DNA of 64,000 nt from Octopus sinensis (taxonomy: Eukaryota): assembly GCF_006345805.1 (NCBI RefSeq), contig NC_043006.1:81530001-81594000 (forward strand). The letters are read 5' to 3'. The notes beneath the pieces are model-generated. The model saw nothing but the letters and a program-made list of their open reading frames with translations, did not search any database and was not told the origin of the DNA. Below are positions 13,378 to 25,460 of the stretch, piece by piece (the first letter of the stretch is position 1; each line of letters begins with the position of its first letter). Position numbers and translations under genes: made by a program.

Positions 13378-13577
13378 TTCATTCGGTGGCAAGTAGTGCT
13401 GAGCGCACTCATGACTACACGTGGCTGGGTGAGTTATAGTGTTCTTGCATGCATTACATAATGGAGGAACTTGCTGAAGCTCACGAAAGCCCACATCCGC
13501 ATGCGGTGAGTTAACGTGAGCGCTGTTTACGGTTTCAGCTTCTTCTTGTTGTTGTTGTTTAAGCCGCAGACCAGTCC
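13378..13577 (-). CDS. Candidate internal coding exon, unknown Cys/His-rich protein
   Basis: TTATATCAG acceptor, 66 open codons TGLRLKQQQQEEAETV...LCNACKNTITHPATCSHECAQHYLPPNE, weak GTAGAT donor; unique sequence with about 50% GC. Confidence 0.25.
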
Positions 13578-13676
13578 CTGATATAAGGCGTTCCCAAATA
13601 AAATAAAATCCCAAATAAACATACCTGCATACACATTTGCTTACGAGCATACATGATGCATGCATGTTTGTATATA

Positions 13677-13785
13677 CAGTAATGCCTCACTTTACCACGA
13701 CCCGGTTAACGAGTAACTGGGTTTACGAGCTTTCGCTTTACGAGCATTATCCAGGAACTAATTAACTCATATATCAAGTCATTAA

Positions 13786-13787
<2 letters not shown>
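13677..13787. mobile_element. Possible Tc1/pogo-type MITE
   Basis: TA|CAGTAATGCCTC ... AAGTCATTAATG|TA; termini match 9/12 as inverted repeats. Confidence 0.4.
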
Positions 13788-13833
<46 letters not shown>

Positions 13834-13950
13834 CCTGCTCGCTTAGCCAGTGGGGTGGCGTCATTTGAAGGCTAAAACAATGCGAAGCGCATTGTGACCA
13901 GCGATGTGTAGCAACATCTGAAAGCCTGGTCGGTCACGGTGATCACAGTG

Positions 13951-14048
<98 letters not shown>

Positions 14049-14149
14049 CATACATACACGCATGCTTGCATATCTGCATACATATCAGCATATATGCATA
14101 CAAGCATACACACATTTACATAAATCGTCGTAATCATTATAATCCTCCT

Positions 14150-14180
<31 letters not shown>

Positions 14181-15089
14181 ATCAACAACAGCAACATGAT
14201 CGTCATTATCTTTCAACGTCTGACGTCTTTGCTGGTATGGGTCCGATGCTCTGACGTGATGCGACATGTCATACATACATACATACATACATACACACAT
14301 ACATACATTCATATATACATTCATATATATACATGCGTACGTACATACATACATATGTATATACATAGTTATGCATGCAAGCATACATACATACATACAT
14401 ACATATATACAAATATGTATGCATACATAATAAATATATACATACATATATGCCAACATATATATCTAGAAATACATAAACAAAAATATGATCTACACAA
14501 GCAACACCGTCCATAGTTGGAGACATTTGCGCATATATACGCATCCATGTGCGCGTGAATACACGTGTATATGCATACTTACACGAGCACAGGCATAAAT
14601 GCCTATATGTATATATACATACGTAATTGTATGTATGTATCTACTCATGCAAATATATATCTACATATATATGCAAAATATGTACGTGCATACATAGGTA
14701 TGCATATATTTGCAGATACACATTTATACACAAACAAATGCACTTATTCTTGATTCAAACCTATATCTACCTGTACACATATCCGCACATACATGAATAT
14801 ATCATGCAGAAACAAAGGTGTGCTCATACTTACGCACACACAACTGCATATGTGTTTTAACTGCACGCACACACATTGAACACACCGACTGTCAAAATTC
14901 ATATATTTGGAGAAATTGCTAGAAATAGCAGACAAATACTCATCATATCATACGCTACTACCTTAGAAATAAAAGGACACATTAGCTAATGTAACCCATA
15001 TATACTCTATGACTGGTAGGTAAATGATCATTGCTGGAATGCCTTTAACAATGGTGTCAATGGTTCCATAATAACCATTTTAATAATGG

Positions 15090-15272
15090 TTGCAGGAAGG
15101 GGGTAGCCGATTACATCGATCCCAGTGTTCAACTGGTGGCTATTTTATCGACCCCGGAAGGATGAAAGGCAAAGTTGACCTCGGTGGAATTTGAACTCAG
15201 AACGTAAAGTTCAGACGAAATGTTGCTAAGCATTTTGTCCAGTGTGTTAACGGTTCTGCCAGCTCGCCGCCT
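15090..15272 (-). mobile_element. SINE family B
   Basis: Ends CTGCCAGCTCGCCGCC, the reverse complement of the GGCGAGCTGGCAG head. Confidence 0.85.
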
Positions 15273-15739
15273 CAAGAATGGCTTTAATAACAAGCATGTT
15301 CCATAGGACTGATCTTAGGCTAAATAACTGCCACGAAGCGCAATACCGAGCATGCACACACATGCATATATTCAAGGTTAAGTATTTTACATGTCTATAA
15401 ACCATCGATCCCACAGAGATATACACGCGCGTAAGACGCATAGTCATGCACATACCGCAAAATCACATATACATGCCCTCTACATTATACACTGTGTATC
15501 CGAATTTGCATGAAACTAACCAACCAGGCAAGCTCCACATGATCACTTGACCAGTTATAAATAGCAAGTAAACCTCCCCCAAATGACACCCCACCATTCT
15601 AGTCATACAAAAAGAAAACGAGATGGTCCTGGTTGAAATCCTTTTGATCTTTGACCTTCTCGATCAGGCGTGACTCTGGGTTAAGCAACAACAAATAACA
15701 CGCGTCCAAGAGCTCCCCGTTGTTTGCTGCTTGAATGCA

Positions 15740-17370
15740 CGGGCCCTGAACTGCCGATGAAATCGTAAAGGCTCCGTCTTTATAGGCCATGCATCAATCT
15801 TCACCTGTTCATGACAGACTGTCATAACCCAGGTCTCCTTTAATATGTAATTTTCCTGTTCATTCCCTGTAGTTCTCCACCTTTCCTTCACAATTCCTTG
15901 CAAGATACTCTTCGCATCGCTGCTGGAACTCGTTGTATGGCCTTATCATCCCAACTTTTTTTCTTTATCTGAGTGAAAAAAAATCGTGAGGATTTTGCGA
16001 ATCTGTTTACATTTTGATGCAATTCAAGTATATTTCGAAGAGGTAGACTTAAATATGAATAAAAGCATCTTACTCTAATGGAGAAATTTTTAAAAACATT
16101 CCAGCCCACACATCCTCTCTTTATATTCTTAGTTCAAATCCTGTCAAAGTTTACCTTGCATTTTATCTTCCTCGAGGTCAGTTGTATCAAGAGTAAGCTT
16201 GTCGTAATGTAATATGCCATAGAAATTGGTGGTCCTGATTGATATCTATGATACCTTATATCCTATATCTGGTGCAAGTGCCTTTCTCTGTTTCCTTGTA
16301 GTGGGTGTCCCTGATTCGCTTGTGTATAGGAATATAGAGAGTACAAATACATGAAAAGAGAATAACTTTTAATGTTTCTATCTCTCCGTCAATGTCTGTG
16401 TAGTTCTTGTAAAGATTTCTAGTTTTGCCGCTTTGTCATTAATATTGATTTAAAATTTTGGCACAAGGCCTGTAATTTCGGCGGACGAGGTAAGTCGATT
16501 ACATCGACCCCAGTGCTCACTTGGTACTTATTTTACTGACCTCGAAAGGAAAAGTCGACCACGGCGAAATTTGAACTCAGAAAGTATAGACTCAGAAAGC
16601 ATTTTGCCCCTCGCGTTATCAGTTCTACCAGCTCGCTGCCTTTTCCTTGTCATTAATATTGCTGCCAGATATTTGAACTTCTGCACTGTCTTTAGTTTCT
16701 CTCTTTATACTGAAATGTCTGTTGTAATTGTTGAAATGACATCGTTGACATGTTAGCACTTGTTTGGCTTCCGTACTGGTTTCCATTCCAAATATAATGG
16801 AGATTCTTTGACGGTAACTATGCCAACCATATCATCTTCCTTTCCTGCCAGTACATCAATAACTATAAATATTTTTAAAAGATTTAAATTTCCAATATTT
16901 CTCCTTCCGTTACTGACACTGCTCACATGGTCTTCAAGGACGTTCGGTCATGATCCGTTCTAAGAAGAAGCTGAGAGTGTGGGAAAGTAGCTAGTCCATA
17001 GTCAGATCAATACCTAGAATAGTAGGGAACCCTTTCCTGTCTACCTTGGCGTCACACCATCAAGCAGTAATTGGGTATCACAAATCAAATTCACTCCCAT
17101 CTTGAATTTCTGCATGGTGGCTTATAGAACATCATGCTATAGATAATTCAATATCTTCATGAACTCTATAAAGATATGGCATAAATAAGTTTAGTATCAA
17201 AGGTGTTTCACGCAGTGAGAGAGCGGAGGTTGGTCTTCTCAGTAGTGTTTTCTAACTTTGCAGAAGCGTGCTTGTTCCTCGGCTTTGATGCTTTCTACCT
17301 GAGGTCTCTGTCTATTCAGGATAACCCTGAATATCACTTTGCTTTCATGTTGTTCATAGTATAGTTGGAG
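15740..17370 (-). mobile_element. Degenerate RTE-clade LINE reverse transcriptase region
   Basis: Minus-strand fragments SKVIFRVILNRQRPQVESIKAEEQA, FLERIMT..LEDHVSSVS, IDVLAGKEDD, FGMETS, KLKTVQKFKYLAAI and GHTT...AKSILQGIV are collinear with RTE RT motifs; many stops and frameshifts. Confidence 0.9.
16448..16646 (-). mobile_element. SINE family B inserted into the RTE LINE, 15-bp TSD
   Basis: TTGTCATTAATATTG at 16433-16447 and 16647-16661. Confidence 0.9.
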
Positions 17371-17384
17371 ATTTATTATTTGTT

Positions 17385-17690
17385 CCTTCTCGAGTCACGC
17401 CAGGCTCATAAGGGCCGGTTTACCGGTTTCCTTGGCGTATAGGTTCCCCACCTGGACGGGACGCCGGTCCGTCGTAGGTGAGCTGCAAGATGCAGGAGGA
17501 AAGAGTTAGAGAAAATTGTGGCAAAAGAGTCAGAAGAAGTTCGCCATTACCTTCTTACCGGAGCCGCGTGGAGCTTAGGTGTTTCGCTCATAAACACACA
17601 CACATCGTCCGGTCTGAGATTCGAACCCGCGATCCCTCGACCGCGAGTCTGCTGCTCTAACCACTAGGCCATATGCCTCCACATAGTTGG
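17385..17690 (-). mobile_element. SINE family C, tail type 2
   Basis: tRNA-like head GGCCTAGTGGTTAGAGCAGCAGACTCGCGGTC...GGTTCGAATC; tail GACCGGCGTCCCGTCCAGG...CTCGAGAAGGAACAAA. Confidence 0.85.
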
Positions 17691-18431
17691 AGATGGCCTT
17701 TATCGAAAAGAATTATGATCAGCAAATGAGTCATTGTTATCGGTAAAAAGAGTAAAAGAAAAAAGATATTACAGACATAGCCCTCTGGTTAAGAAGTTTG
17801 CTTCACAACTACAAGGTCCCATTGCGTGGTATTTAAAACAGTCTTTTACTACAACTTCGTGTTAACCAAAGCCTTGTAAGAGGAATTTATGTCCTTATCA
17901 AAGTGATACTGGGATACAAATATATGAAGATCAATTTACCCATCATGACTACCCGTCTGATAAGGTACACCAGGCACATGCATCACAACCATATGTGCAC
18001 AACTGGGAGATCTCATATCAAGAAAACAGCGCATGACGTTGCAGGTGGGGGTCCAGTTAGAATTTTCCTCGGGTCGAGTAACCCATCCCGCTCAAAAGAG
18101 CACTGAATAAGGTTTGTTTAAGGATGTTGAACAAAATACCCATGTTTCCAGAGGTGAATTATTCAAACCCCAAAGGACTCCTCCCAACGCATGGCTATGA
18201 TGCCCTCCCCACTACTTCTGCTCGTGATCAGAGATACATATATTGTCAGCTAATAATGGACGAGCTCAACTTATGGTCAAACAACTGGAAAGCGATATTT
18301 GTTGAAGCTCTTCTTTTACACCAAGACAAAACATGTACATAACATTTCCAACCAGTTAAGATGAGAAGCCATGAGAGCCACTGCCAAGTACAACATCAGG
18401 GCATATTACAATAATAATAATAATAATAATA

Positions 18432-18475
<44 letters not shown>

Positions 18476-18526
18476 TTACATTAATGTGACCGATATGTGA
18501 ACCCAATTATGCCATGTCGTTTAATA

Positions 18527-18849
18527 TTAGCAAGGACATTGAATACACAGTTTCCCCGCCATGATGAAACCCATGATAAGAGACGGGATTTGTTCCCAGA
18601 ACGCGAAGAACAGATGCTGCAAAAGAGCAATGTATCGGTTATGTGTGATTATGTACTTTTTAACGACACTATTAATTTCTGACAATTAAATGAATGAAGT
18701 AGGATTCGCTGTATGGACTGCGTTTGCCAATACTCGACAGCAAGGTTCCGTATGCTGTATCTTAAACCATTTACCAGCTGGTCTGCAACATGCTTTATCC
18801 GTGTAGCGATTTCTAGTTCTGTTGTAGAACATTTACTTGTTTTGCTCAT
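18527..18849 (-). CDS. Hypothetical spliced 54-aa micropeptide (exons 18849-18775 and 18616-18527) with BH3-like motif
   Basis: ATG at 18849, CTG|GTAAAT donor, CTCTTTTGCAG acceptor. Product MSKTSKCSTTELEIATRIKHVADQLHLFFAFWEQIPSLIMGFIMAGKLCIQCPC. Confidence 0.25.
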
Positions 18850-19409
18850 TTCACATATTGCCCTAAATAACTTCAAATTAAATTTCTCAGTTACGATGGT
18901 CACAGGCTTTGAGGCAGCGGAATTGTAATGTAAAATACTTTGGTAGCAGATACGAATTAAAGTATTTTTCATATGGGCACCTGAAACCTGAACATGACTT
19001 ACCGAAATACTGACTCGGTGTAGCATTCGCTTCATCTCCATACTTATAATTTCACTCTTAAAAGAGCAGGTTTCGTATGAGTCACGTTCCTGATGGAAGC
19101 TATTTTAATTGTACTGGACCCATTAATTTTTTTGGATAAAGTATGAAAGTCACAGTGTAACATATGCGTATTACAATAAACATCTGGTCATCCACCTCTC
19201 TAGGATATTTATGAGAATGTAAGAGCATATAGCACCTGTCGCCGTTGTTATTGCTATTTTCTCATTGGTTAAACCTGAATAACCATACTTCTGAACAAAG
19301 GCGTTTCAGTTATGACTATCCAGCCTTTTTAAGGCTACCTAGGACTACATTACTTCATATGTCTTCCTTTTTTCATAATGCCGCCTGACTTTATATATAA
19401 CAGAGATTT

Positions 19410-19643
19410 AAAGTGGCGAGCTAGTAGAATCGTAAGCACGTCTGGTGAAATGCTTACCGTTATTCCGTCTGCCGTTACGTTGTGAGTTCAAATTCCGCCG
19501 AGGTTGACTTTGCCTTTCATCCTTTCGGGATCGATAAATTAAGTACCAGTTAGGCACTGGGGTCGATGTAATCGATTTAATCCCTTTGTCTGTCCTTCTT
19601 TGTCCCCTCTATGTTTAGCCACTTGTGAGTAATAAAGAAATAG
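19410..19643 (+). mobile_element. SINE family B, full length, 15-bp TSD
   Basis: ATATAACAGAGATTT at 19395-19409 and 19644-19658. Confidence 0.92.
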
Positions 19644-20109
19644 ATATAACAGAGATTTGTTTGCTATTTCGATGTAGAATAAGAGATCAGTTTCGATGGA
19701 ACGGAATCTTTGACTCGAATTTAATTTTCAACTTCGATGAATTCGTTTCACTTACGTTATAAAAATTTTTGAGAAAAACAGCAACGACAAATTATCTTAT
19801 TTTCTTTCCTTTGCTAAGCTCCAAGGCTCATGAATAAATTTGTCCGCAGCTATAATGGTAGATGAAAAGCAAACCGAGAAGTAATACCTCTTACTGGAAT
19901 AATGTTTGTCTTTTACAGACATCGAAATGCGATCAGCAAAATGTTCTCAGCTGTCATCTATAGTTGTTGGTGTAACTGAAGAAATATCCAATTATACGGT
20001 GATTTAAAATGTACACAAGATAACTAGATGTTTAAGAAAGAAATCATTGGGAACATTAGCCAGGGATTATGCATACATATTCATACTCACGCGCACACGC
20101 ATATTCTTA

Positions 20110-20164
<55 letters not shown>

Positions 20165-20448
20165 AATGGGGAGGCCGTTTGTAGAACAAGCATGATAAAT
20201 AGAACTCGATATACGATGGTATATGTTTTTTATTGGCAGAAGTCACAAAGTGACTCAACAGCCGAAAGTTTTGCGCATAGCATTTACTTCGTGAATTCTG
20301 TCAATGAAAAATGTATACACATATGTGTGCATGTATGCATGTATGTATGTATGTATGTATGTATGTATGTATGTATGTATGTATGTATCTCTCTATCTAT
20401 TTATCCATCTACATAAGCATATATGTAGGCAGGTAGATAGGTAGGTCA

Positions 20449-20517
<69 letters not shown>

Positions 20518-21088
20518 CATGTGTAGACTTATATTTTAAATCAACATACAATTGGGTACAATTTGACTATACACACACACATATATGACCACGATGATAA
20601 GGAAAAGTATTGTATCCGTGAACATATTATTCAAAGTCCGCTGATAACGAAACAATAGCTTGATATGATATTGTACTTTTGCGCTTAAAAATGATTTCAA
20701 ATAGTGTGCGGCTGACTCTGCGTATCTGCACCTTACTCTGCAAAGTTAATATATATGTGAACACTAGGAATCTTCCATAAACAATAAAAGGTTACACATC
20801 TAGAGATTGTGATAGTCTCTGAGCGACGAGTTTAACGTAAATATTTTTGATGGCGATAGGCATTTGTCATCAGGCGTTCAACGTTTTACAGTATGTGAAT
20901 CGAGATTAAATTTGTTAAAAACAATAAAATGAAGGTCGATTGATTTGTTCTTCACGGCGGGATTAACTTAGACAATGTAGGGTCAGAACAATAAGCAGCG
21001 TATTTAATCTCGAGGTATACAATATGTGTGTGTGTGTGTGTATACGTGCGCATACACACACACACATTTTGTTATTTCTGTTAATTCA

Positions 21089-21405
21089 GGTGGGACCTAT
21101 AATGACTGCTATTTGGTGTACACAGCTGAATGCATCAAACACAACTAGATTTATATGTTGGTTGCACGACACAAAGATTAAACGAAAGATTCAAAGGGCA
21201 TAGATATGACGTGAGCCAGAGAAGTAATACTTCGACGGAACTTGCCGAACACTTCACATCAAACGGTTATAAATCCGAGGAGCACCTAAAAGTACGCATT
21301 CTCAGAAAATATGCTGACTCCGTTGCACTTTAAATCCTTGAAACAAACGCAGATAAATATATTCGTGAAGTACTACAGTTACGCCCTGCAGGAATAACAA
21401 AATGA
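21089..21405 (+). mobile_element. Penelope-like element GIY-YIG endonuclease remnant
   Basis: LVYTAEC...LYVGCTTQRLNERFKGHRYDV...ELAEHF...LKVRIL...LRPAGIT*, with one frameshift and an in-frame stop. Confidence 0.85.
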
Positions 21406-21749
21406 CAAGAAATTTCATGACATTTACACAAAACGTTTTGACTAAGTGTTCTCTTTCCTTTTCTTCTTCCATCTTTTTCGCCTTCCTTGTTACCAGTTAT
21501 GAAGACGTGAGACTTTATGACGTCATTTTGTCAAGAAGGGAATGCAGGATATACCAGTTCAAATTTATATAAATTTCTATATATTTATCATTTTTAACCA
21601 GTGAAAGATAGGCACGCTGTCAGAATAGTCTTCTACAAGTTCAATAAACAGAGTTAATATGTATTTATTACATATCGTATTATTGTGCAATAAAAAAATG
21701 ATAATGATAATAATAATAATAATAATAATTGTAATAATAATCATATGCA

Positions 21750-22095
21750 CAATACCAGAATGGGAGGGTAAAAGTTAAAGTCGACCTCGGCGGATTTTGT
21801 TTTTAGAGCGTAAAGACGGGCGAAATACTGCCTTGCACTTCGCCCGGCGTGCTAACGATTCCGCCAGCACACGCTTTATAATAATAATAATAATAATAAT
21901 AATCCTTTTTACTTTAGGCACAAGGGAGAGGGTAAGTCAATCGCATTGACCCCAATAGTTGACTGGCATTTATCGACTCCGAAAGGATGAAAGGCAAAGT
22001 CGACCTCGGAAGAATTTGAACTCGGAATGTAAAGGCGGACAAAGTGCCGCAAAGCATTTTGCCCGGCGTGCTAACGATTCTGCCAGCTCGCCAAG
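21750..22095 (-). mobile_element. Two SINE family B copies separated by (AAT)n
   Basis: Both carry AAAGTCGACCTCGG and CCCGGCGTGCTAACGATT. Confidence 0.85.
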
Positions 22096-22298
22096 ACCGG
22101 CAGCGTATCAGTACAAAACTAACCATAGTTCCTCATAATTATTCTTCATTTATGAAATGCTCTAATAATATTTTGCTACTTGATATATTTTCCAATTATT
22201 TTACTCTTATCAGTTTTATACTCTTGGTCCCTTTAATGGTATAGACATTGGAGATTACACATTGTGCTTACCCTTATAATTTAGCCCTCTCTCACCTT

Positions 22299-22676
22299 TT
22301 AACTACTTCCGCCTTAGCGAAGGCGGAGTTGTTGTTTTCAGTCGTGTTTGTTTCTTTGCTTGTTTGTCCGTGGACAAGATATCTCAAGAACCGCTGGATG
22401 GATTCGGATGAAATTGTAAGGGATATTTGGCCTCGCAACTGGCATGAACTGATTAGATTTTGGGATTGATCTGTTTCCATACAAGGATTCTGGATTATTT
22501 TTTCAGTTTTTTTACTTAATCTTTGAGAGCGGTCGGGTTCATTTTTAGAATTCTCGTTTGTGAGAGCAGACGAGTTTATTTAAGATATTCTCATTTTAAA
22601 AATCACCTTTGGCTAATCGTTGAGAGGACGTTGGTGTTGCGTTGGTGGAGGTTTGCGCTCTCTAAGTGCTCTTGTT
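22299..22676 (+). mobile_element. Non-autonomous Helentron-associated (HINE/DINE-like) element
   Basis: 5' stem CTTCCGCC-ttagcgaa-GGCGGAG; internal GTTTGTTT and GATGAAATT motifs; 3' end TTGGTGGAGGTTTGCGCTCTCTAAGTGCTCTTGTT; T-rich flanks. Confidence 0.7.
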
Positions 22677-22849
22677 TCTATCTGTTTTCCTTTCATCTTC
22701 TCTTCCAGACTTCTTTGTTCTCTCTCGGATCGTTCAGATTCTCTTTGTAGCTACTCTAGACTTGCGTATCTCAGTTGATTTATGACACACTGGCCAACGA
22801 TACAGTTTTAATAACGCTGTACACTTTAGACTAGACAACTGTTTGAATA

Positions 22850-23170
22850 TTGTTGTTGGCATCCTTTTGTCTCGAGAGACAATGGAGTTGCGCATAAACT
22901 AATCCAGTCTGGTTTTTACATTTCATCTCCCCTCCAGTTTCCTCCCCAGTTTTGCGCAGGCCTGGGCTAGATGTAAGAAAATCCTGGGTAGCCCAATCAT
23001 CAGGATTCCTCTCTCGACCTTGCTGACATAGTACAAAGGAGTGCAGAGCATTACGTTTGGCACCAGCTTGGTTGCAGGAGCTGCCGGAAAAGTGTCGAGT
23101 AGAACACTAAACCGCCTACAGGGCTCCACTCCAGATTTCTTTGAAGGTTGTCTCCTTTCGGTAACCCTGG
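22850..23170 (+). mobile_element. Probable RTE-type LINE 5' region
   Basis: ACGTTTGGCACCAGCTTGGTTGCAGGAGCTGCCGG resembles RTE 5' sequence (recall only). Confidence 0.4.
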
Positions 23171-24233
23171 ATAGGGGTCCATACCAGGTACTATCAGCCG
23201 GAGTCAGCTGAGTCCGGGACTCGTGTCAGGCAGGGTCATCACTCCCTGAAGTAGTGAAGAAAATTACTACCCACTACCTATATAAATTAGTTAATGAATC
23301 CAAATTATAAAATGACTTAGTCACGTAATACACTAAAACCGTAACTCTTAACTGTTTTGTTTGCATTTCTAGAACAATCTCCTTTCTGCAAAAACATGAC
23401 CACCTCCCATCAAAGTGATTTAAGTTGTCTTCGAATTAATTTATTCATCAATGCCGTAATGAAATGACTAAGTGTTTTCATTATATAATAAATATTACCA
23501 ATCAATGTTATATAATCATTGTTCATATTCATGTTTTCCAACTTACTAAACTATTTATTACCCATACATTGTTGAAACATGTGTAACCGAGAAATAACTA
23601 CTATACCAGTTTCTGCTTGTAGTATTCTTTTGAGTGATGTTTAGCGCCATAGGTCTATACGATATGTTCCCTTGAGATGAGTACCGCAGTTGTGTAACTT
23701 TCTACCGAGTATCCGCGTTAAATAAAATATGCAGAATGCTCTTTTGATCTAATACTGCTTCTGTCACAAATAACGAATTTTAATCAAGCTTGTTGGCTAT
23801 AAGCGACAACATTAGTTTGCTGATCCATATTTTTCTATGTCAGTAGAGACTAAATTTATCTAAGCATGCGACTGCAAATGGATACTTACTACTGATGACA
23901 CGCAAATATGCAGAAATCTAGAGTTAGGAATTCCACCGCCGTTGAGGGACATTTTTCATGCTTTTTTTCGTGTTCATATTTTTCTGTGCTTTTTAGCTCT
24001 TTACATCTATACAAGTTGCTCTCTCGAGACGAATACCGCAGGTATTTGTCTTTCTGCGGTATATCCAAGTTAAGTAAGATATACTGACTGCTACTTTGAT
24101 CTAATACTATTTCCGTCGCTTCAGAAGGGGGCTACTTCGAAGGAGATTAAACACCGTATTGATATATGATGTGGTTTTCTTTTTATAGCACCAGCACCGA
24201 TACTTTTCATCAGAACTCATATATATACGTATG

Positions 24234-24460
24234 TGGCGAGCTGGCAGACACGATAGCGCATCGGGCGAAATGCTTAGCGGTATTTCGTATGTCGTTAAGT
24301 TCTGAATTCAAATTCCGCCGAGGTCGACTTTGCCTTTCATCCTTTCGGGGTCGATAAATAAAGTACCAGTTTCGCACTGGAGTCGATGTAATCGATTAAT
24401 CCCTTTGTCTGTCCTTATTTGCCCCCTCTATGTTTAGCCCCTTGTGGGTAATAAAGAAAT
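24234..24460 (+). mobile_element. SINE family B, full length, 15-bp TSD
   Basis: ATATATACGTATGTG at 24221-24235 and 24461-24475. Confidence 0.92.
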
Positions 24461-25009
24461 ATATATACGTATGTGTGCACGTTTTTATGTATGTATACGT
24501 ACCTATTTGTATAAGTATATAGATGAATATCCGTCTATTGTATATATGAATGTATATGTATATACGGAATGCCCATGTTGTAAATTCAATACACTTCAAG
24601 TTGTCTGCTACCAACAACCAACAAGATCTATAATGTAGAAATATATTATGTGAAACATGGAGCATCGAACACTGCATTGTTGAAGTATAAAGTAAGTTTT
24701 CTTTAGGTCATGTCCTCAGCAAGGCTTCGATATCCAGCTTAAGCCATTCTGTATTCATTTCCTATCACCTTATTGGTAAACGGGCCCTAATAAATATTTG
24801 ATTTATAACTCTATTTGAACAAGATGTGAATATGTGTGTATGTAGGTTTCTTTTTACATATTCAAGAAACTCTGTGCATGTGGGTATGTATTCAGTGTTT
24901 GTACTTTATATTTGTCATGGGCAACGACAAAACTCAAGTACGAGTCTGCATAAAAAAACATAAGTTTTTAAATAGACATATGTGTGCGTTTCCGTATATC
25001 TTTCTGTAA

Positions 25010-25460
25010 TATTGATTTAACATTTTGGTACAAGAGCACCAATTTCGGGGAGGAGATAAGTCGATTATACCGACTCCAGTACTCAACTGGTATTTATTTT
25101 ATCGACTCCGAAAGGCTGAAAGGCAAAGTGAATCTCGGTGGAATTTGAACTCAGAACATAAAGACAGACGAAATGCCTCTAAGCATTTTGCCCAGCGTGC
25201 TGTCGATTCTTCTAGCTCGCCACCTAGTGTCTTTTTGAAATATTGGTTTCAAATTTTGGCACAAGGCCAGTAGTTTTGAAGGAGAGGGGCCACGGTGATT
25301 ACACCGACTCCAATGCTCAACTAGTATTAGTTTTATCGACCCCGAAACAATGAAAGGCAAGATCAACCTCTGGTGGAATTTAAAATCAGAGCCTAAATAT
25401 GGCCGAAATGCCGCTAAACATCTTGCGAGGCATGCTAACGACCTATCCAGCTCGCCACCA
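25010..25460 (-). mobile_element. Two tandem SINE family B copies, tail type 2
   Basis: Each starts ATATTG(A/G)TTT...TTTTGG(T/C)ACAAG and ends AGCTCGCCACC. Confidence 0.85.

Noticed and set aside
15865-15975. Protein-like frame MIRPYNEFQQRCEEYLARNCEG
   Set aside because: Alternative frame of the RTE C-terminus (GHTT..AKSILQGIV).
19756-19849. ADKFIHEPW, resembling the cryptochrome/photolyase IHEPW motif
   Set aside because: A stop follows seven codons later and no other photolyase motifs are nearby.
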